Shown here in pieces: positions 7,624-17,980 of a DNA stretch of 64,000 nt. Within the stretch, counting starts at the first letter, position 1; each line of letters starts with the position of its first letter. The stretch is from the NCBI RefSeq assembly GCF_050920415.1, contig NZ_CP169309.1. The stretch is one strand, 5' to 3'. Below the pieces are notes generated by a model. The model was not told the DNA's origin. It worked only from the letters and a program-made list of their open reading frames with translations, and made no database searches. Position numbers and translations under genes: made by a program. The stretch comes from Escherichia coli (lineage in GTDB: Bacteria; Pseudomonadota; Gammaproteobacteria; Enterobacterales; Enterobacteriaceae).

Positions 7624-7791
7624 ATGAGAGGACTTACATACAATCCCGGCATTCTTCCGGCAGAAATGATTATTCGCCAACGCGTAAAGCCAATGCCATC
7701 GAGAGAGGAATTGCTTAAAAGAAAGAGTTTCGGTTCTGTTAATGACAACAAATATCTGAATGCGATGTGGCGTAAAGGAGGCAAGCAGTGA
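7624..7791 (+). CDS. Hypothetical small prophage protein (55 aa)
   Basis: GAGGAA RBS before ATG 7624; the longer overlapping ORF from 7474 is in another frame relative to 7320-7613 and was not preferred. Confidence 0.35.
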   Translation: MRGLTYNPGILPAEMIIRQRVKPMPSREELLKRKSFGSVNDNKYLNAMWRKGGKQ

Positions 7792-8087
7792 GTGTATGTC
7801 TTATTGATAAACGTCGACGTGGGCAACAAATACCATCTGTTGAAATGCCGAATCACACATGGTTTTGCGTACTTGATATCGATGGTATGGATACGTTGGT
7901 TGACACTCGTCATTACTGCGATACCGCAACAGCTACTCCGGCGAAAGCAAAGAAAATGGCTGCTATGATAGAAAGCTGGACTCCACCTGATGGTTGGTGC
8001 AATGGGAATGATCGAGATTGGCACGAAAAAATGAAGGGCTATATCTGCGATTTTTTACGTAAATGCAACGGATTCAGGGTGATGTGA
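7788..8087 (+). CDS. Hypothetical prophage protein (99 aa, GTG start)
   Basis: AGGAGG RBS; start overlaps previous stop. Confidence 0.4.
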   Translation: MSVCLIDKRRRGQQIPSVEMPNHTWFCVLDIDGMDTLVDTRHYCDTATATPAKAKKMAAMIESWTPPDGWCNGNDRDWHEKMKGYICDFLRKCNGFRVM

Positions 8088-8088
8088 C

Positions 8089-8982
8089 ATGAGCGAGATT
8101 AACCATCAGGCACTGCGTGAGGCGGCGGAAAATGCAACTAAGGGGAGCTACATCGTAGGGCATACATCGGTCAATCAGCACGGTAATTTAACAGGAGTTT
8201 TTGTTTGTCAAAAATGGAAAGGAGAACCCGGAGGCGTGATTGCAGAATGTCATGTTAACTGCCTGGTTGAAACAGATGTTCAGGCTTATGCAAACGCTGA
8301 ATTTATTGCTGCCTTTAATCCAAATGTTGCGCTGGCGCTACTGGATGAACGGGAAAGAAACCAGCAATACATCAAACGCCGCGACCAGGAGAACGAGGAA
8401 ATTGCGCTAACGGTAGGGAAGCTGCGTGTTGAGCTGGAAGGCAAAGACAAGCTGATTGCAGAGCTTAGAAAACAATGCGCTGAATGGGAGCGAAAAGCAT
8501 TAAGCAACTTTGAAGAGTGTGCTGCGATGGCTGAACGTATCGAAGAGTTGCAGACAAAATCTGCACCAGATTCGTTTGGCATCATCGGTGAAAATATTCG
8601 AACACAGGATAATCGAATAACGTCAGACCCTATGTTTTGTGTGTATCAAAAGCGCGAAATCGTTGTTGATGCTGATTATGACTATGACCGGATTGTCTGG
8701 GTTGATGAAGATGGCAATGAAGCCAATAAACGCCAAAGTCGTCGTCTCGAACTACTTCACGAAAACTTTCGAGAGCCACCAGAAAAATGGCGGCGCGTTG
8801 CTGTGAAAGATATTGATGAATTCGTTACCTGCTGTTTCACCGAACAGGGTTGTAAAGACTACCTGGCAGTCAATGGTCACAATCTTCGCTTGCCATTTAT
8901 ATATGTAAAAAGCGGTTTCAGGAACGCTGAATATATCGGCATAAGAAACTGGCTTGCTGGCATTCGCATCAAAGGAGAGTGA
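8089..8982 (+). CDS. Ea22-like prophage protein (297 aa)
   Basis: N-terminus MSEINHQALREAAENATKG and central coiled-coil are typical of the ead/Ea22-like family as I recall it; lambda-like position. Confidence 0.5.
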   Translation: MSEINHQALREAAENATKGSYIVGHTSVNQHGNLTGVFVCQKWKGEPGGVIAECHVNCLVETDVQAYANAEFIAAFNPNVALALLDERERNQQYIKRRDQENEEIALTVGKLRVELEGKDKLIAELRKQCAEWERKALSNFEECAAMAERIEELQTKSAPDSFGIIGENIRTQDNRITSDPMFCVYQKREIVVDADYDYDRIVWVDEDGNEANKRQSRRLELLHENFREPPEKWRRVAVKDIDEFVTCCFTEQGCKDYLAVNGHNLRLPFIYVKSGFRNAEYIGIRNWLAGIRIKGE

Positions 8983-8983
8983 G

Positions 8984-9175
8984 ATGAATGGACAAATATC
9001 AATTGTTCGACCAGGAGCATGTGACGATCGCGAAATACGAATGATTATTCGTCTGGCGATGGGGAAAACAATAACAGCTCTCATTACTCCAGAAAATCTC
9101 GCATTAGCTTTAACCGGAAAGTCAGACCTGCCAGTGGAGCTAAAGCTGCGAAATGTTGAGATTAAGGTGAAATAG
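8984..9175 (+). CDS. Hypothetical small prophage protein (63 aa)
   Basis: AAGGAGAG RBS before ATG 8984. Confidence 0.35.
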   Translation: MNGQISIVRPGACDDREIRMIIRLAMGKTITALITPENLALALTGKSDLPVELKLRNVEIKVK

Positions 9176-9177
9176 CT

Positions 9178-10383
9178 ATGACCACTATTACCAAAGAACG
9201 TATCGAATTGTTCATTAAAAATCCGCTTGATAACGGACTTACTCGTGGCGAACAAATGGAACTGGCACGAATTGCACTGGCCTCGCTTGAGGCAGAGCCA
9301 GTTGGTGCATTCCACATTGCTGAACAGCAAGTTGACGGAACAAGTGACTATCTCAAGGATGGAGAATGGCCTATTGATAATGGGATTATTGAAGTCTACG
9401 CCGCTCCGCCAGTACCGGTAGTACCTGCTGCATTACCTGAGAACGACGATGAGGACGGGCATGACATTGATTATCTTGAGCCATCTGAAGTTTACGCGCT
9501 TGGGCGAACAGCTGGCTGGAACGCCTGCCGCGTCGCCATGCTTCAGTCCGGAAACTTTCTGGAAAACAAGAATTCGTCAACCAATAATTTTCGGGAAATC
9601 GCGGAAACGTCAACCAACTCTCCGGTAATTCCTGATGAGGTGTTGTCCGCAATCCGGGAGGTTGCCAGGATTCGCGCCGATTTCGATGATTTTGACGGTG
9701 ACAGGCGAGGTATCGGTGATTGTCTGGATGAGGCCGAGCAAGAGCTTATCGTTACCATTAACAAATATGCCAGTCAGTTGGCAGTAGAGCCGGTAGTGCC
9801 TGCTGTTCTGGAACGTTTGCGAACCATTGTAGCGGACCCACGCGCATTACCTCGCAGAAAAGAATGGGTTAGTGGGCAGCAGTACAGTTACGTACTTCTC
9901 GAAAACGTAGAAGCTATGGTTGATGAAGCCTGCCGTGCAGCCATGCTCTATGGTGCCGTACATGCAAGCCAGGCTTACAAGTTGCCACAAACGCAGTTTA
10001 AACAGGTTGCTGACCTCTACGAAATGCAATTTGATGACGGTCGCACTTGTACCTTTCACACTGATGCGCAAAAGGCTGTGCAATGGCTTCAGGCGTGCGA
10101 CGGAAACAGGGTTCAGGAATACGTTAAGCTGGAACGATTGCAGAACGCACTGTCTGGCAACTCTCCGGTAACTCCGGATGGTTGGATAAGCTGTAGTGAG
10201 CGAGTGCCAGAGGACGGTCAGCACGTAATTATTTTATGTGATGGCGCATTCGTTCTTTATGCGCAATATCGGGGCGGTGAGTTTTTTGATGTCGTCCGCA
10301 ATGGTGAGGAGTTCTTCGAAACGCAGAGCCGCAATGTAACCCACTGGATGCCGCTACCAGAACCGCCGCAGGAGGCGAAATGA
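9178..10383 (+). CDS. Hypothetical prophage protein with C-terminal DUF551-like motif (401 aa)
   Basis: C-terminal ...VTHWMPLPEPP resembles the DUF551 signature common in enterobacterial prophages. Confidence 0.45.
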   Translation: MTTITKERIELFIKNPLDNGLTRGEQMELARIALASLEAEPVGAFHIAEQQVDGTSDYLKDGEWPIDNGIIEVYAAPPVPVVPAALPENDDEDGHDIDYLEPSEVYALGRTAGWNACRVAMLQSGNFLENKNSSTNNFREIAETSTNSPVIPDEVLSAIREVARIRADFDDFDGDRRGIGDCLDEAEQELIVTINKYASQLAVEPVVPAVLERLRTIVADPRALPRRKEWVSGQQYSYVLLENVEAMVDEACRAAMLYGAVHASQAYKLPQTQFKQVADLYEMQFDDGRTCTFHTDAQKAVQWLQACDGNRVQEYVKLERLQNALSGNSPVTPDGWISCSERVPEDGQHVIILCDGAFVLYAQYRGGEFFDVVRNGEEFFETQSRNVTHWMPLPEPPQEAK

Positions 10384-10640
10384 TGAATGTAAAAGAGAAG
10401 GTTTTTCAGGTGATGCGTTCCCGGGCTGCCCTGCAAGATAAAGCTCTCGGCGGGGAATATCCATTCAGGATGGCAACCTGGAATCTGCGGTTGGCAATGG
10501 AGAAGGAATTTCCTGATGAAGAATGGCGTTCGGCAGATTTGCGCAAAATTCTTATGGAGATGGCTAAAGACGGAACAGTATCCAAAGATACCCATGCCAG
10601 CCGGATTGGTCAGGCGGTATGGAGACTGGAGGTGAGGTAA
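10380..10640 (+). CDS. Hypothetical prophage protein (86 aa)
   Basis: Start overlaps previous stop; stop overlaps next start. Confidence 0.4.
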   Translation: MMNVKEKVFQVMRSRAALQDKALGGEYPFRMATWNLRLAMEKEFPDEEWRSADLRKILMEMAKDGTVSKDTHASRIGQAVWRLEVR

Positions 10641-10924
10641 TGGCTAACCTGCAACTTGCCGTTAAATGTGAATACTTCGATGCCATGATTCGTGGAGAGA
10701 AAACGGAAGAGTATCGCTTGTGTAATGACTACTGGAATAAGCGAATTATGTTCCGCGAGTACGACCGCCTGATTATCACAAAGGGATATCCGAAGCGCGA
10801 CGACTCCAGTCGTAGAATTGACGTCCCGTATGACGGATATGAAATCAAGACAATCATACATCCACACTTCGGTGATAAACCGGTAAAGGTGTTCGCGATA
10901 AAGGTGAATATCGGCAATGAATAA
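10640..10924 (+). CDS. Hypothetical prophage protein (94 aa from ATG 10640)
   Basis: GGAGGTGAGG RBS before ATG 10640; TAATG coupling with the upstream gene. Confidence 0.4.
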   Translation: MANLQLAVKCEYFDAMIRGEKTEEYRLCNDYWNKRIMFREYDRLIITKGYPKRDDSSRRIDVPYDGYEIKTIIHPHFGDKPVKVFAIKVNIGNE

Positions 10925-10995
10925 CATCCTCGCACTCGCGGGGATTTCTTTTATCTGAACTCGCTACGGCGGGTTTTGTTTTATGGAGATGATAA

Positions 10996-11163
10996 ATGCA
11001 CTTCCGAGTCACAGGTGAATGGAATGGAGAGCCATTCAACAGAGTTATCGAAGCAGAGAACATCAACGACTGCTATGACCACTGGATGCTGTGGGCGCAG
11101 ATAGCACATGCAGACGTAACCAATATTCGAATTGAAGAACTGAAAGAACACCAAGCCGCCTGA
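10996..11163 (+). CDS. Small protein upstream of xis (55 aa)
   Basis: GGAG RBS; stop codon lies in the loop of terminator 11156-11176. Confidence 0.4.
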   Translation: MHFRVTGEWNGEPFNRVIEAENINDCYDHWMLWAQIAHADVTNIRIEELKEHQAA

Positions 11164-11176
11164 TGGCGGTTTTTTC
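11156..11176 (+). terminator. Intrinsic terminator upstream of xis
   Basis: CCGCC-TGAT-GGCGG hairpin followed by TTTTTTCTT. Confidence 0.6.
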
Positions 11177-11202
11177 TTGCGTGTAATTGCGGAGACTTTG
11201 CG

Positions 11203-11421
11203 ATGTACTTGACACTTCAGGAGTGGAACGCTCGCCAGCGACGCCCAAGAAGCCTTGAAACAGTTCGTCGATGGGTGCGCGAATGCAGGATATTCCCTCC
11301 TCCGGTTAAGGATGGAAGAGAATATCTGTTCCACGAATCAGCGGTAAAGGTTGACTTAAATCGACCAGTAACAGGTAGCCTTTTGAAGAGGATCAGAAAT
11401 GGGAAGAAGGCGAAGTCATGA
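11203..11421 (+). CDS. xis: Excisionase, lambda Xis type (72 aa)
   Basis: Near-identical to lambda Xis as I recall it (MYLTLQEWNARQRRPRSLETVRRW...); overlaps int start. Confidence 0.9.
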   Translation: MYLTLQEWNARQRRPRSLETVRRWVRECRIFPPPVKDGREYLFHESAVKVDLNRPVTGSLLKRIRNGKKAKS

Positions 11422-12469
11422 GCGCCGGGATTTACCCCCTAACCTTTATATAAGAAACAATGGATATTACTGCTACAGGGACCCAAGGACGGGTAAAGAG
11501 TTTGGATTAGGCAGAGACAGGCGAATCGCAATCACTGAAGCCATACAGGCCAACATTGAGTTATTTTCAGGACACAAACACAAGCCTCTGACAGCGAGAA
11601 TCAACAGTGATAATTCCGTTACGTTACATTCATGGCTTGATCGCTACGAAAAAATCCTGGCCAGCAGAGGAATCAAGCAGAAGACACTCATAAATTACAT
11701 GAGCAAAATTAAAGCAATAAGGAGGGGGCTGCCTGATGCTCCACTTGAAGACATCACCACAAAAGAAATTGCGGCAATGCTCAATGGATACATAGACGAG
11801 GGCAAGGCGGCGTCAGCCAAGTTAATCAGATCAACACTGAGCGATGCATTCCGAGAGGCAATAGCTGAAGGCCATATAACAACAAACCCTGTCGCTGCCA
11901 CTCGCGCAGCAAAATCAGAGGTAAGGAGATCAAGACTTACGGCTGACGAATACCTGAAAATTTATCAAGCAGCAGAATCATCACCATGTTGGCTCAGACT
12001 TGCAATGGAACTGGCTGTTGTTACCGGGCAACGAGTTGGTGATTTATGCGAAATGAAGTGGTCTGATATCGTAGATGGATATCTTTATGTCGAGCAAAGC
12101 AAAACAGGCGTAAAAATTGCCATCCCAACAACATTGCATGTTGATGCTCTCGGGATATCAATGAAGGAAACACTTGATAAATGCAAAGAGATTCTTGGCG
12201 GAGAAACCATAATTGCATCTACTCGTCGTGAACCGCTTTCATCCGGCACAGTATCAAGGTATTTTATGCGCGCACGAAAAGCATCAGGTCTTTCCTTCGA
12301 AGGGGATCCGCCTACCTTTCACGAGTTGCGCAGTTTGTCTGCAAGACTCTATGAGAAGCAGATAAGCGATAAGTTTGCTCAACATCTTCTCGGGCATAAG
12401 TCGGACACCATGGCATCACAGTATCGTGATGACAGAGGCAGGGAGTGGGACAAAATTGAAATCAAATAA
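11399..12469 (+). CDS. int: Tyrosine integrase, lambda Int type (356 aa)
   Basis: Matches lambda Int (MGRRRSHERRDLPPNLYIRNNGYYCYRDPRTGKEF...; catalytic HELRS...LLGH...Y region). Confidence 0.95.
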   Translation: MGRRRSHERRDLPPNLYIRNNGYYCYRDPRTGKEFGLGRDRRIAITEAIQANIELFSGHKHKPLTARINSDNSVTLHSWLDRYEKILASRGIKQKTLINYMSKIKAIRRGLPDAPLEDITTKEIAAMLNGYIDEGKAASAKLIRSTLSDAFREAIAEGHITTNPVAATRAAKSEVRRSRLTADEYLKIYQAAESSPCWLRLAMELAVVTGQRVGDLCEMKWSDIVDGYLYVEQSKTGVKIAIPTTLHVDALGISMKETLDKCKEILGGETIIASTRREPLSSGTVSRYFMRARKASGLSFEGDPPTFHELRSLSARLYEKQISDKFAQHLLGHKSDTMASQYRDDRGREWDKIEIK

Positions 12470-12558
12470 TGATTTTATTTTGACTGATAGTGACCTGTTC
12501 GTTGCAACAAATTGATAAGCAATGCTTTTTTATAATGCCAACTTAGTATAAAAAAGCA
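12470..12558. other. attL (B-O-P'): lambda 15-bp core at 12544-12558 with P-prime arm 12470-12543; prophage/chromosome junction
   Basis: Minus strand reads GCTTTTTTATACTAAGTTGGCATTATAAAAAAGCATTGCTTATCAATTTGTTGCAACGAACAGGTCACTATCAGTCAAAATAAA, the lambda attP core and P-prime arm. Confidence 0.85.
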
Positions 12559-12603
12559 GGCTTCAACGGATTCATTTTTCTATTTCATAGCCCGGAGCAA
12601 CCT

Positions 12604-13887
12604 GTGAATACATTTTCAGTTTCCCGTCTGGCGCTGGCATTGGCTTTTGGCGTGACGCTGACCGCCTGTAGCTCAACACCACCCGATCAACGTCCTTCTG
12701 ATCAAACCGCGCCTGGTACCTCTTCTCGCCCGATTCTGTCGGCAAAAGAAGCGCAGAATTTCGATGCTCAACACTATTTTGCGTCCCTGACGCCGGGCGC
12801 AGCATCATGGAATCCATCACCGATTACTCTGCCTGCACAACCTGACTTTGTTGTCGGCCCGGCGGGTACTCCGGGTGTAACGCATACCACGATTCAGGCG
12901 GCGGTAGATGCGGCAATTATCAAGCGCACCAACAAGCGCCAGTATATTGCCGTGATGCCTGGTGAATATCAGGGAACGGTGTATGTCCCTGCCGCTCCGG
13001 GTGGAATTACTCTGTACGGTACAGGTGAAAAACCGATTGATGTGAAGATTGGGCTTTCCCTTGATGGGGGCATGAGCCCTGCCGACTGGCGTCACGACGT
13101 CAACCCGCGCGGCAAATATATGCCAGGTAAACCAGCGTGGTATATGTACGATAGCTGCCAGAGCAAACGCAGCGACAGTATCGGCGTTCTCTGCTCTGCG
13201 GTCTTCTGGTCACAAAACAATGGCCTGCAACTGCAAAACCTGACCATCGAAAACACGCTGGGTGATAGCGTAGATGCGGGTAACCATCCGGCGGTGGCAC
13301 TGCGTACTGATGGCGACAAAGTGCAGATCAATAACGTCAACATTCTCGGTCGTCAGAATACATTCTTTGTCACCAACAGTGGTGTGCAAAACCGTCTGGA
13401 AACCAACCGTCAGCCGCGTACTCTGGTGACCAACAGTTACATTGAAGGGGATGTGGATATCGTTTCTGGTCGCGGCGCAGTGGTGTTCGATAATACCGAA
13501 TTCCGCGTGGTGAACTCACGTACTCAGCAAGAAGCGTATGTGTTTGCACCGGCTACGCTGTCTAACATCTATTACGGTTTCCTCGCCGTAAACAGCCGTT
13601 TCAATGCTTCCGGTGATGGCGTGGCGCAACTGGGCCGCTCGCTGGATGTTGATGCCAATACCAACGGTCAGGTGGTGATCCGTGATAGCGCCATCAACGA
13701 AGGTTTTAACACGGCTAAACCGTGGGCCGATGCGGTGATTTCCAATCGTCCGTTTGCGGGTAATACTGGCAACGTTGATGATAACGACGAAGTACAGCGT
13801 AATCTGAATGACACTAACTACAACCGCATGTGGGAATACAATAACCGCGGCGTGGGTAGCAAAGTGGTTGCAGAGGCGAAGAAGTAA
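12604..13887 (+). CDS. ybhC: Pectinesterase-family outer-membrane lipoprotein YbhC (427 aa, GTG start)
   Basis: Signal peptide with lipobox LTACSS; matches the E. coli YbhC sequence and its position beside the lambda att site. Confidence 0.9.
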   Translation: MNTFSVSRLALALAFGVTLTACSSTPPDQRPSDQTAPGTSSRPILSAKEAQNFDAQHYFASLTPGAASWNPSPITLPAQPDFVVGPAGTPGVTHTTIQAAVDAAIIKRTNKRQYIAVMPGEYQGTVYVPAAPGGITLYGTGEKPIDVKIGLSLDGGMSPADWRHDVNPRGKYMPGKPAWYMYDSCQSKRSDSIGVLCSAVFWSQNNGLQLQNLTIENTLGDSVDAGNHPAVALRTDGDKVQINNVNILGRQNTFFVTNSGVQNRLETNRQPRTLVTNSYIEGDVDIVSGRGAVVFDNTEFRVVNSRTQQEAYVFAPATLSNIYYGFLAVNSRFNASGDGVAQLGRSLDVDANTNGQVVIRDSAINEGFNTAKPWADAVISNRPFAGNTGNVDDNDEVQRNLNDTNYNRMWEYNNRGVGSKVVAEAKK

Positions 13888-13903
13888 AAGCGATTAACTT
13901 TTT

Positions 13904-14010
<107 letters not shown>

Positions 14011-14027
14011 CATTCACATGGCGCTTT

Positions 14028-16313
14028 TTACATCTGACGGTTTTTATTGAAGTTAATCAAACTACCCGCCTTGATAATCTCGCGCTCTTCAGCAGTCAGA
14101 CTTTCCATATAGAGCGTAATCTCTGTTACCGGCGCATCTTCATGGATCACATAACCTTTAAACGTCGTCCCCGGATTATCCAGCGCCGCTTTAATGCCAA
14201 GGATGTAAATGTAATCCCCCACTTCAAACGTTGGTGCTTCCGCCATTTGCAGCGGTAACATCCCCCAGTTGATGACGTTAGAACGGTAGCGTTTAGTCGC
14301 GTATTCCTCGGCAATATTCGCCAGACCGCCAATCACACGCTGGCAGCTCGCCGCCTGCTCACGCGCAGACCCATCGCCTGGTTTCACCGCATAGACCATG
14401 CTGCCAATTTCAGTTTGCAGCGGATCAATATGCTCCTGACCAGCAATCTGCTTAATGCGCGCAAACACCTCTGTCAGCTCGCTGACATTGCCCGCCAGAC
14501 GCTGATTTTCCAGCTCGGCAGTCGCTTTACTTCTGCCAACATAACCTGGATCGCGGCGTGACAGGGTAAACTCCGCCAAACCAATCGGATTTGAACGATA
14601 AGAAGAGGTTTCACCGGAAGGAATCAATTCGTCGGTGGTGGTCACTTCGTCGAGGATCTTCGAGCACACTTTGAGGACGATATTGTCAGTCAGCGCCCCC
14701 AATTCCGGCCAGTCTTTGATGTTCGGTCCGTAGATCAGCGATTGCTGGGTCGCCCCTTTCACAAAGCCCTGATAGACGCGATTTTTATACAGCGTGACAT
14801 CGAAGGCATACTCCGGCACGATGTCCCAGCAGTCCAATTCACTTGCAGAGGTTAAATAACCACCGTTTGCGGCTGTTGCAGCGATAGAACGGGCATCCAT
14901 CAACGCCACCGCTGACATCTGACCGTTGGCTGGCTTAGAGCCTTCGCGGTTCGGGAAGTTACGCGTGGTGTGGCGAATACTCAAACCGTTGTTGATTGGC
15001 GTGTCGCCCGCGCCAAAGCATGGGCCGCAAAACGCAGTTCTGATGATTGCACCTGCGCCAATCAAATCTGCTACCACGCCTTTTTTGGCTAAATCCATAA
15101 ACACCGGCTGTGATGATGGATAAACCGCCAGCGAGAAGGTGTCATTGCCACAGGATTGACCGCGCAGCGCATTAGCTGCAGCGATAACGTTTTCATAGTT
15201 ACCGCCAGAACAGCCCGCGATAATCCCCTGCTGCACTTTCAGGCGACCATTTTCGACTTTATCCAGCAATGAGAGTTTGGCTTTCCCGTGCGCCACGCGC
15301 TCGGACTCAATTTCAATCTCACGCAGAATGTCAGTCAGGTTCTGGTTCAGCATGTCGATTTCATACACGTTGCTCGGGTGGAACGGCAGCGCAATCATTG
15401 GTTTGATGGCACTCAAATCAACGCTGATGCAGCCATCGTAGTACGCCATCGGTTGAGGGTTAAGCTGACAATAATCCTGGCCGCGACCGTGCAGCGCCAG
15501 CCAGTTATGGACTTCTTCATCAGTTTGCCAGACAGAACTTAAACAGGTAGTTTCAGTGGTCATCACGTCAACGCTGTTACGGAAATCGGTAGAGAGCGCT
15601 GCAACACCGGGCCCCACGAATTCCATCACTTTGTTTTTGACGTAGCCGTTTTTGAACACGGCACCAATGATAGCCAGCGCCACATCCTGCGGCCCCACAT
15701 ACGGCGCAGGTTTTCCGGTCAAATGCACCGCAACAACTCCCGGATAGTCGATATCCCAGGTGTCATTAAGCAGCTGTTTTACCAACTCACCGCCACCCTC
15801 ACCGACTGCCATTGTCCCTAATGCACCGTAACGGGTGTGGCTGTCTGACCCGAGGATCATTTTGCCGCCTCCTGCCATCATCTCACGCATATATTGATGG
15901 ATGACCGCAATATGCGGAGGCACAAAAATACCGCCATAACGCTGCGCTGCCGATAAACCAAAAACATGGTCATCACCGTTAATGGTGCCGCCGACGGCGC
16001 AGAGTGAGTTATGGCAGTTGGTCAGCACATACGGCAGCGGGAAACGTTCCATACCGGACGCTTTAGCGGTCTGTACAATACCAACAAAGGTAATATCGTG
16101 AGAGGCTAATGAATCAAACTTAATTTTAAGTTTATCCATATTTCCGGACGTATTATGAGAAGAGAGAATAGACCAGGCAATAGTGCCTTTTTTTGCTTCT
16201 TCTTTTTTAATTTCGCCTCTGAAATGTTCTTCGGCAATTATTTCGTTATTACTGGCGAGAAATACGCCTTTTTCAGATAACTTGATCATCAAATGCTCCA
16301 GATATCTGCGCAC
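14028..16313 (-). CDS. ybhJ: Aconitase-family protein YbhJ (761 aa)
   Basis: Aconitase-like motifs; conserved position. Confidence 0.85.
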   Translation of the reverse strand: MRRYLEHLMIKLSEKGVFLASNNEIIAEEHFRGEIKKEEAKKGTIAWSILSSHNTSGNMDKLKIKFDSLASHDITFVGIVQTAKASGMERFPLPYVLTNCHNSLCAVGGTINGDDHVFGLSAAQRYGGIFVPPHIAVIHQYMREMMAGGGKMILGSDSHTRYGALGTMAVGEGGGELVKQLLNDTWDIDYPGVVAVHLTGKPAPYVGPQDVALAIIGAVFKNGYVKNKVMEFVGPGVAALSTDFRNSVDVMTTETTCLSSVWQTDEEVHNWLALHGRGQDYCQLNPQPMAYYDGCISVDLSAIKPMIALPFHPSNVYEIDMLNQNLTDILREIEIESERVAHGKAKLSLLDKVENGRLKVQQGIIAGCSGGNYENVIAAANALRGQSCGNDTFSLAVYPSSQPVFMDLAKKGVVADLIGAGAIIRTAFCGPCFGAGDTPINNGLSIRHTTRNFPNREGSKPANGQMSAVALMDARSIAATAANGGYLTSASELDCWDIVPEYAFDVTLYKNRVYQGFVKGATQQSLIYGPNIKDWPELGALTDNIVLKVCSKILDEVTTTDELIPSGETSSYRSNPIGLAEFTLSRRDPGYVGRSKATAELENQRLAGNVSELTEVFARIKQIAGQEHIDPLQTEIGSMVYAVKPGDGSAREQAASCQRVIGGLANIAEEYATKRYRSNVINWGMLPLQMAEAPTFEVGDYIYILGIKAALDNPGTTFKGYVIHEDAPVTEITLYMESLTAEEREIIKAGSLINFNKNRQM

Positions 16314-16340
16314 CGTTAAGTGCGCAGAAAGATAATAAAT

Positions 16341-16465
16341 GGATATACTCTAAATAATTCGAGTTGCAGGAAGGCGGCAAGCGAGTGAATCCCCAGGAGC
16401 TTACATAAGTAAGTGACTGGGGTGAGCGAACGCAGACGCAGCACATGCAACTTGAAGTATGACGA
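16341..16465. repeat. ERIC/IRU intergenic repeat
   Basis: Contains AAGTAAGTGACTGGGGTGAGCG (ERIC2 primer sequence) and the inverted partner; a second copy lies at 62222-62345. Confidence 0.8.
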
Positions 16466-16471
16466 GTATAT

Positions 16472-17905
16472 TTACAGCATGTTCCAGCCGATCAGCATAT
16501 TCCACCACCACACGCCGAGGGTGATATGTACCAGGAAGGTTAATATCGTCAGTACCGCACCGACCAACCACCAGGATTTAATATCGTTATAGCCTACGCC
16601 GAAGATGACCGGACCTGCCGCACCGCCATAGTGAGTAACCATGCCGCCATAGGAGTTGGAGAAAAGCAGCGCCAGCGCAGTTAACATTAACGGTGCGCCG
16701 GAGACGTTCGCCAGCATGGCAAATACCGGTAACATGGCAACGATATAGGCACTACCGGAAGCAAAGAAATAACGCACGATGATGCTAAGGAAAATAATAA
16801 CGAAGAAAGCTACGTTACCATGACCGTCAAATGCCAGGTTATTTTTAAAGACTTCAGCTAACCATTCGAAGAATTTAACTTTCGATAATAAGGAGCTTAA
16901 GCCGATAATACCGCCGTACCAGATTAAGGTATTCCAGCCGCCTTTATTTTTCACCACGTCTTCCCAGGTAACGATCCCCAGCAGCAGCATGGTCGCCATA
17001 ACAACGATTGCCACAGTGGATTCATCTACCCCGAGCGTTTTACTGAAAATCCAGCCCAGCAGCGCCAGCACGAAGACACCGAGCAGCATTTTTTCGCGGA
17101 TTTTCATCGGCCCCAGCTCAGCAAGGCCCGCTTTGGCGATGGTTTTGTTATCCACTTTCTTAATTTCTGGCGGATACATGGTGTAAATCACCAGCGGAGT
17201 GACCAGTAGCATAATGATGCCAGGCAATCCAGCAGCCAGCGCCCATCCACCCCAACTAATTTGTAGGTGCAGAATATCATTGATCATTTTCAGCGCCAGA
17301 ATGTTCCCCGCCATTGCGGTAAAGAACATATAGCTGGTGGTTTTAGTGACCATGTAAATGGACATCATCAGGTAATGTCCAACACGACGTGGGCTTTTTT
17401 CAGGTTCTGACCCCAAAGCCACCGCCACGCTGTTGATGATCGGTAACACAATGCCGCCCGCACGCGCGGTGTTAGACGGTGTTGCCGGAGCCAGTACCAG
17501 ATCGAGGAATACCGTAACGTAACCCAGCCCCAGGGTAGTGCTACCAATTTTGCCAATCAATAAATAGGCAATACGTTTACCTAACCCTGTGGTCACAAAT
17601 GCGGCACTTAAGGTAAACGCCGAGAATACCAGCCAGGTGGTACCTGAAGAGTAACCGCTTAATACGGCGGTAGTCTTAAATGCACCATCGGATAAATTAC
17701 CGACCACCACCATGGAGGCAGCAACGGCAATTAACAGTACGACAGGTTCCGGGAAAGGCTTGATAACCAGCCCCACAATGGCCGCCAGGTAAATACCAAA
17801 AAGCACCCACGCCAGTTCGCTTAATCCTGCCGGAGCTGGCATAAAGCCAATAATACATGGGATCGCTAATATCAGAATTAGCTTCCATAACGATTTCTTA
17901 TTCAT
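16472..17905 (-). CDS. ybhI: DASS-family anion transporter YbhI (477 aa)
   Basis: Polytopic membrane protein matching YbhI. Confidence 0.85.
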   Translation of the reverse strand: MNKKSLWKLILILAIPCIIGFMPAPAGLSELAWVLFGIYLAAIVGLVIKPFPEPVVLLIAVAASMVVVGNLSDGAFKTTAVLSGYSSGTTWLVFSAFTLSAAFVTTGLGKRIAYLLIGKIGSTTLGLGYVTVFLDLVLAPATPSNTARAGGIVLPIINSVAVALGSEPEKSPRRVGHYLMMSIYMVTKTTSYMFFTAMAGNILALKMINDILHLQISWGGWALAAGLPGIIMLLVTPLVIYTMYPPEIKKVDNKTIAKAGLAELGPMKIREKMLLGVFVLALLGWIFSKTLGVDESTVAIVVMATMLLLGIVTWEDVVKNKGGWNTLIWYGGIIGLSSLLSKVKFFEWLAEVFKNNLAFDGHGNVAFFVIIFLSIIVRYFFASGSAYIVAMLPVFAMLANVSGAPLMLTALALLFSNSYGGMVTHYGGAAGPVIFGVGYNDIKSWWLVGAVLTILTFLVHITLGVWWWNMLIGWNML

Positions 17906-17980
17906 TTAAAATCCTGTTCTTTCTGTATGACTCATACAGAAGTCCTTTATTGATTGTCCTTATCCTGACAACGAATATTT

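Noticed and set aside
7474-7791. 105-aa ORF overlapping the 3-prime end of 7320-7613
   Set aside because: It overlaps the upstream gene in another frame for 140 nt; an internal ATG at 7624 with a GAGGAA RBS gives a compact non-overlapping gene.
1-12558. Possible toxin or virulence cargo (e.g. Shiga toxin) in the prophage
   Set aside because: Only the int-proximal early-left arm and immunity region are in the window; the Q, lysis and late regions where such cargo usually sits are outside it, so nothing can be said.
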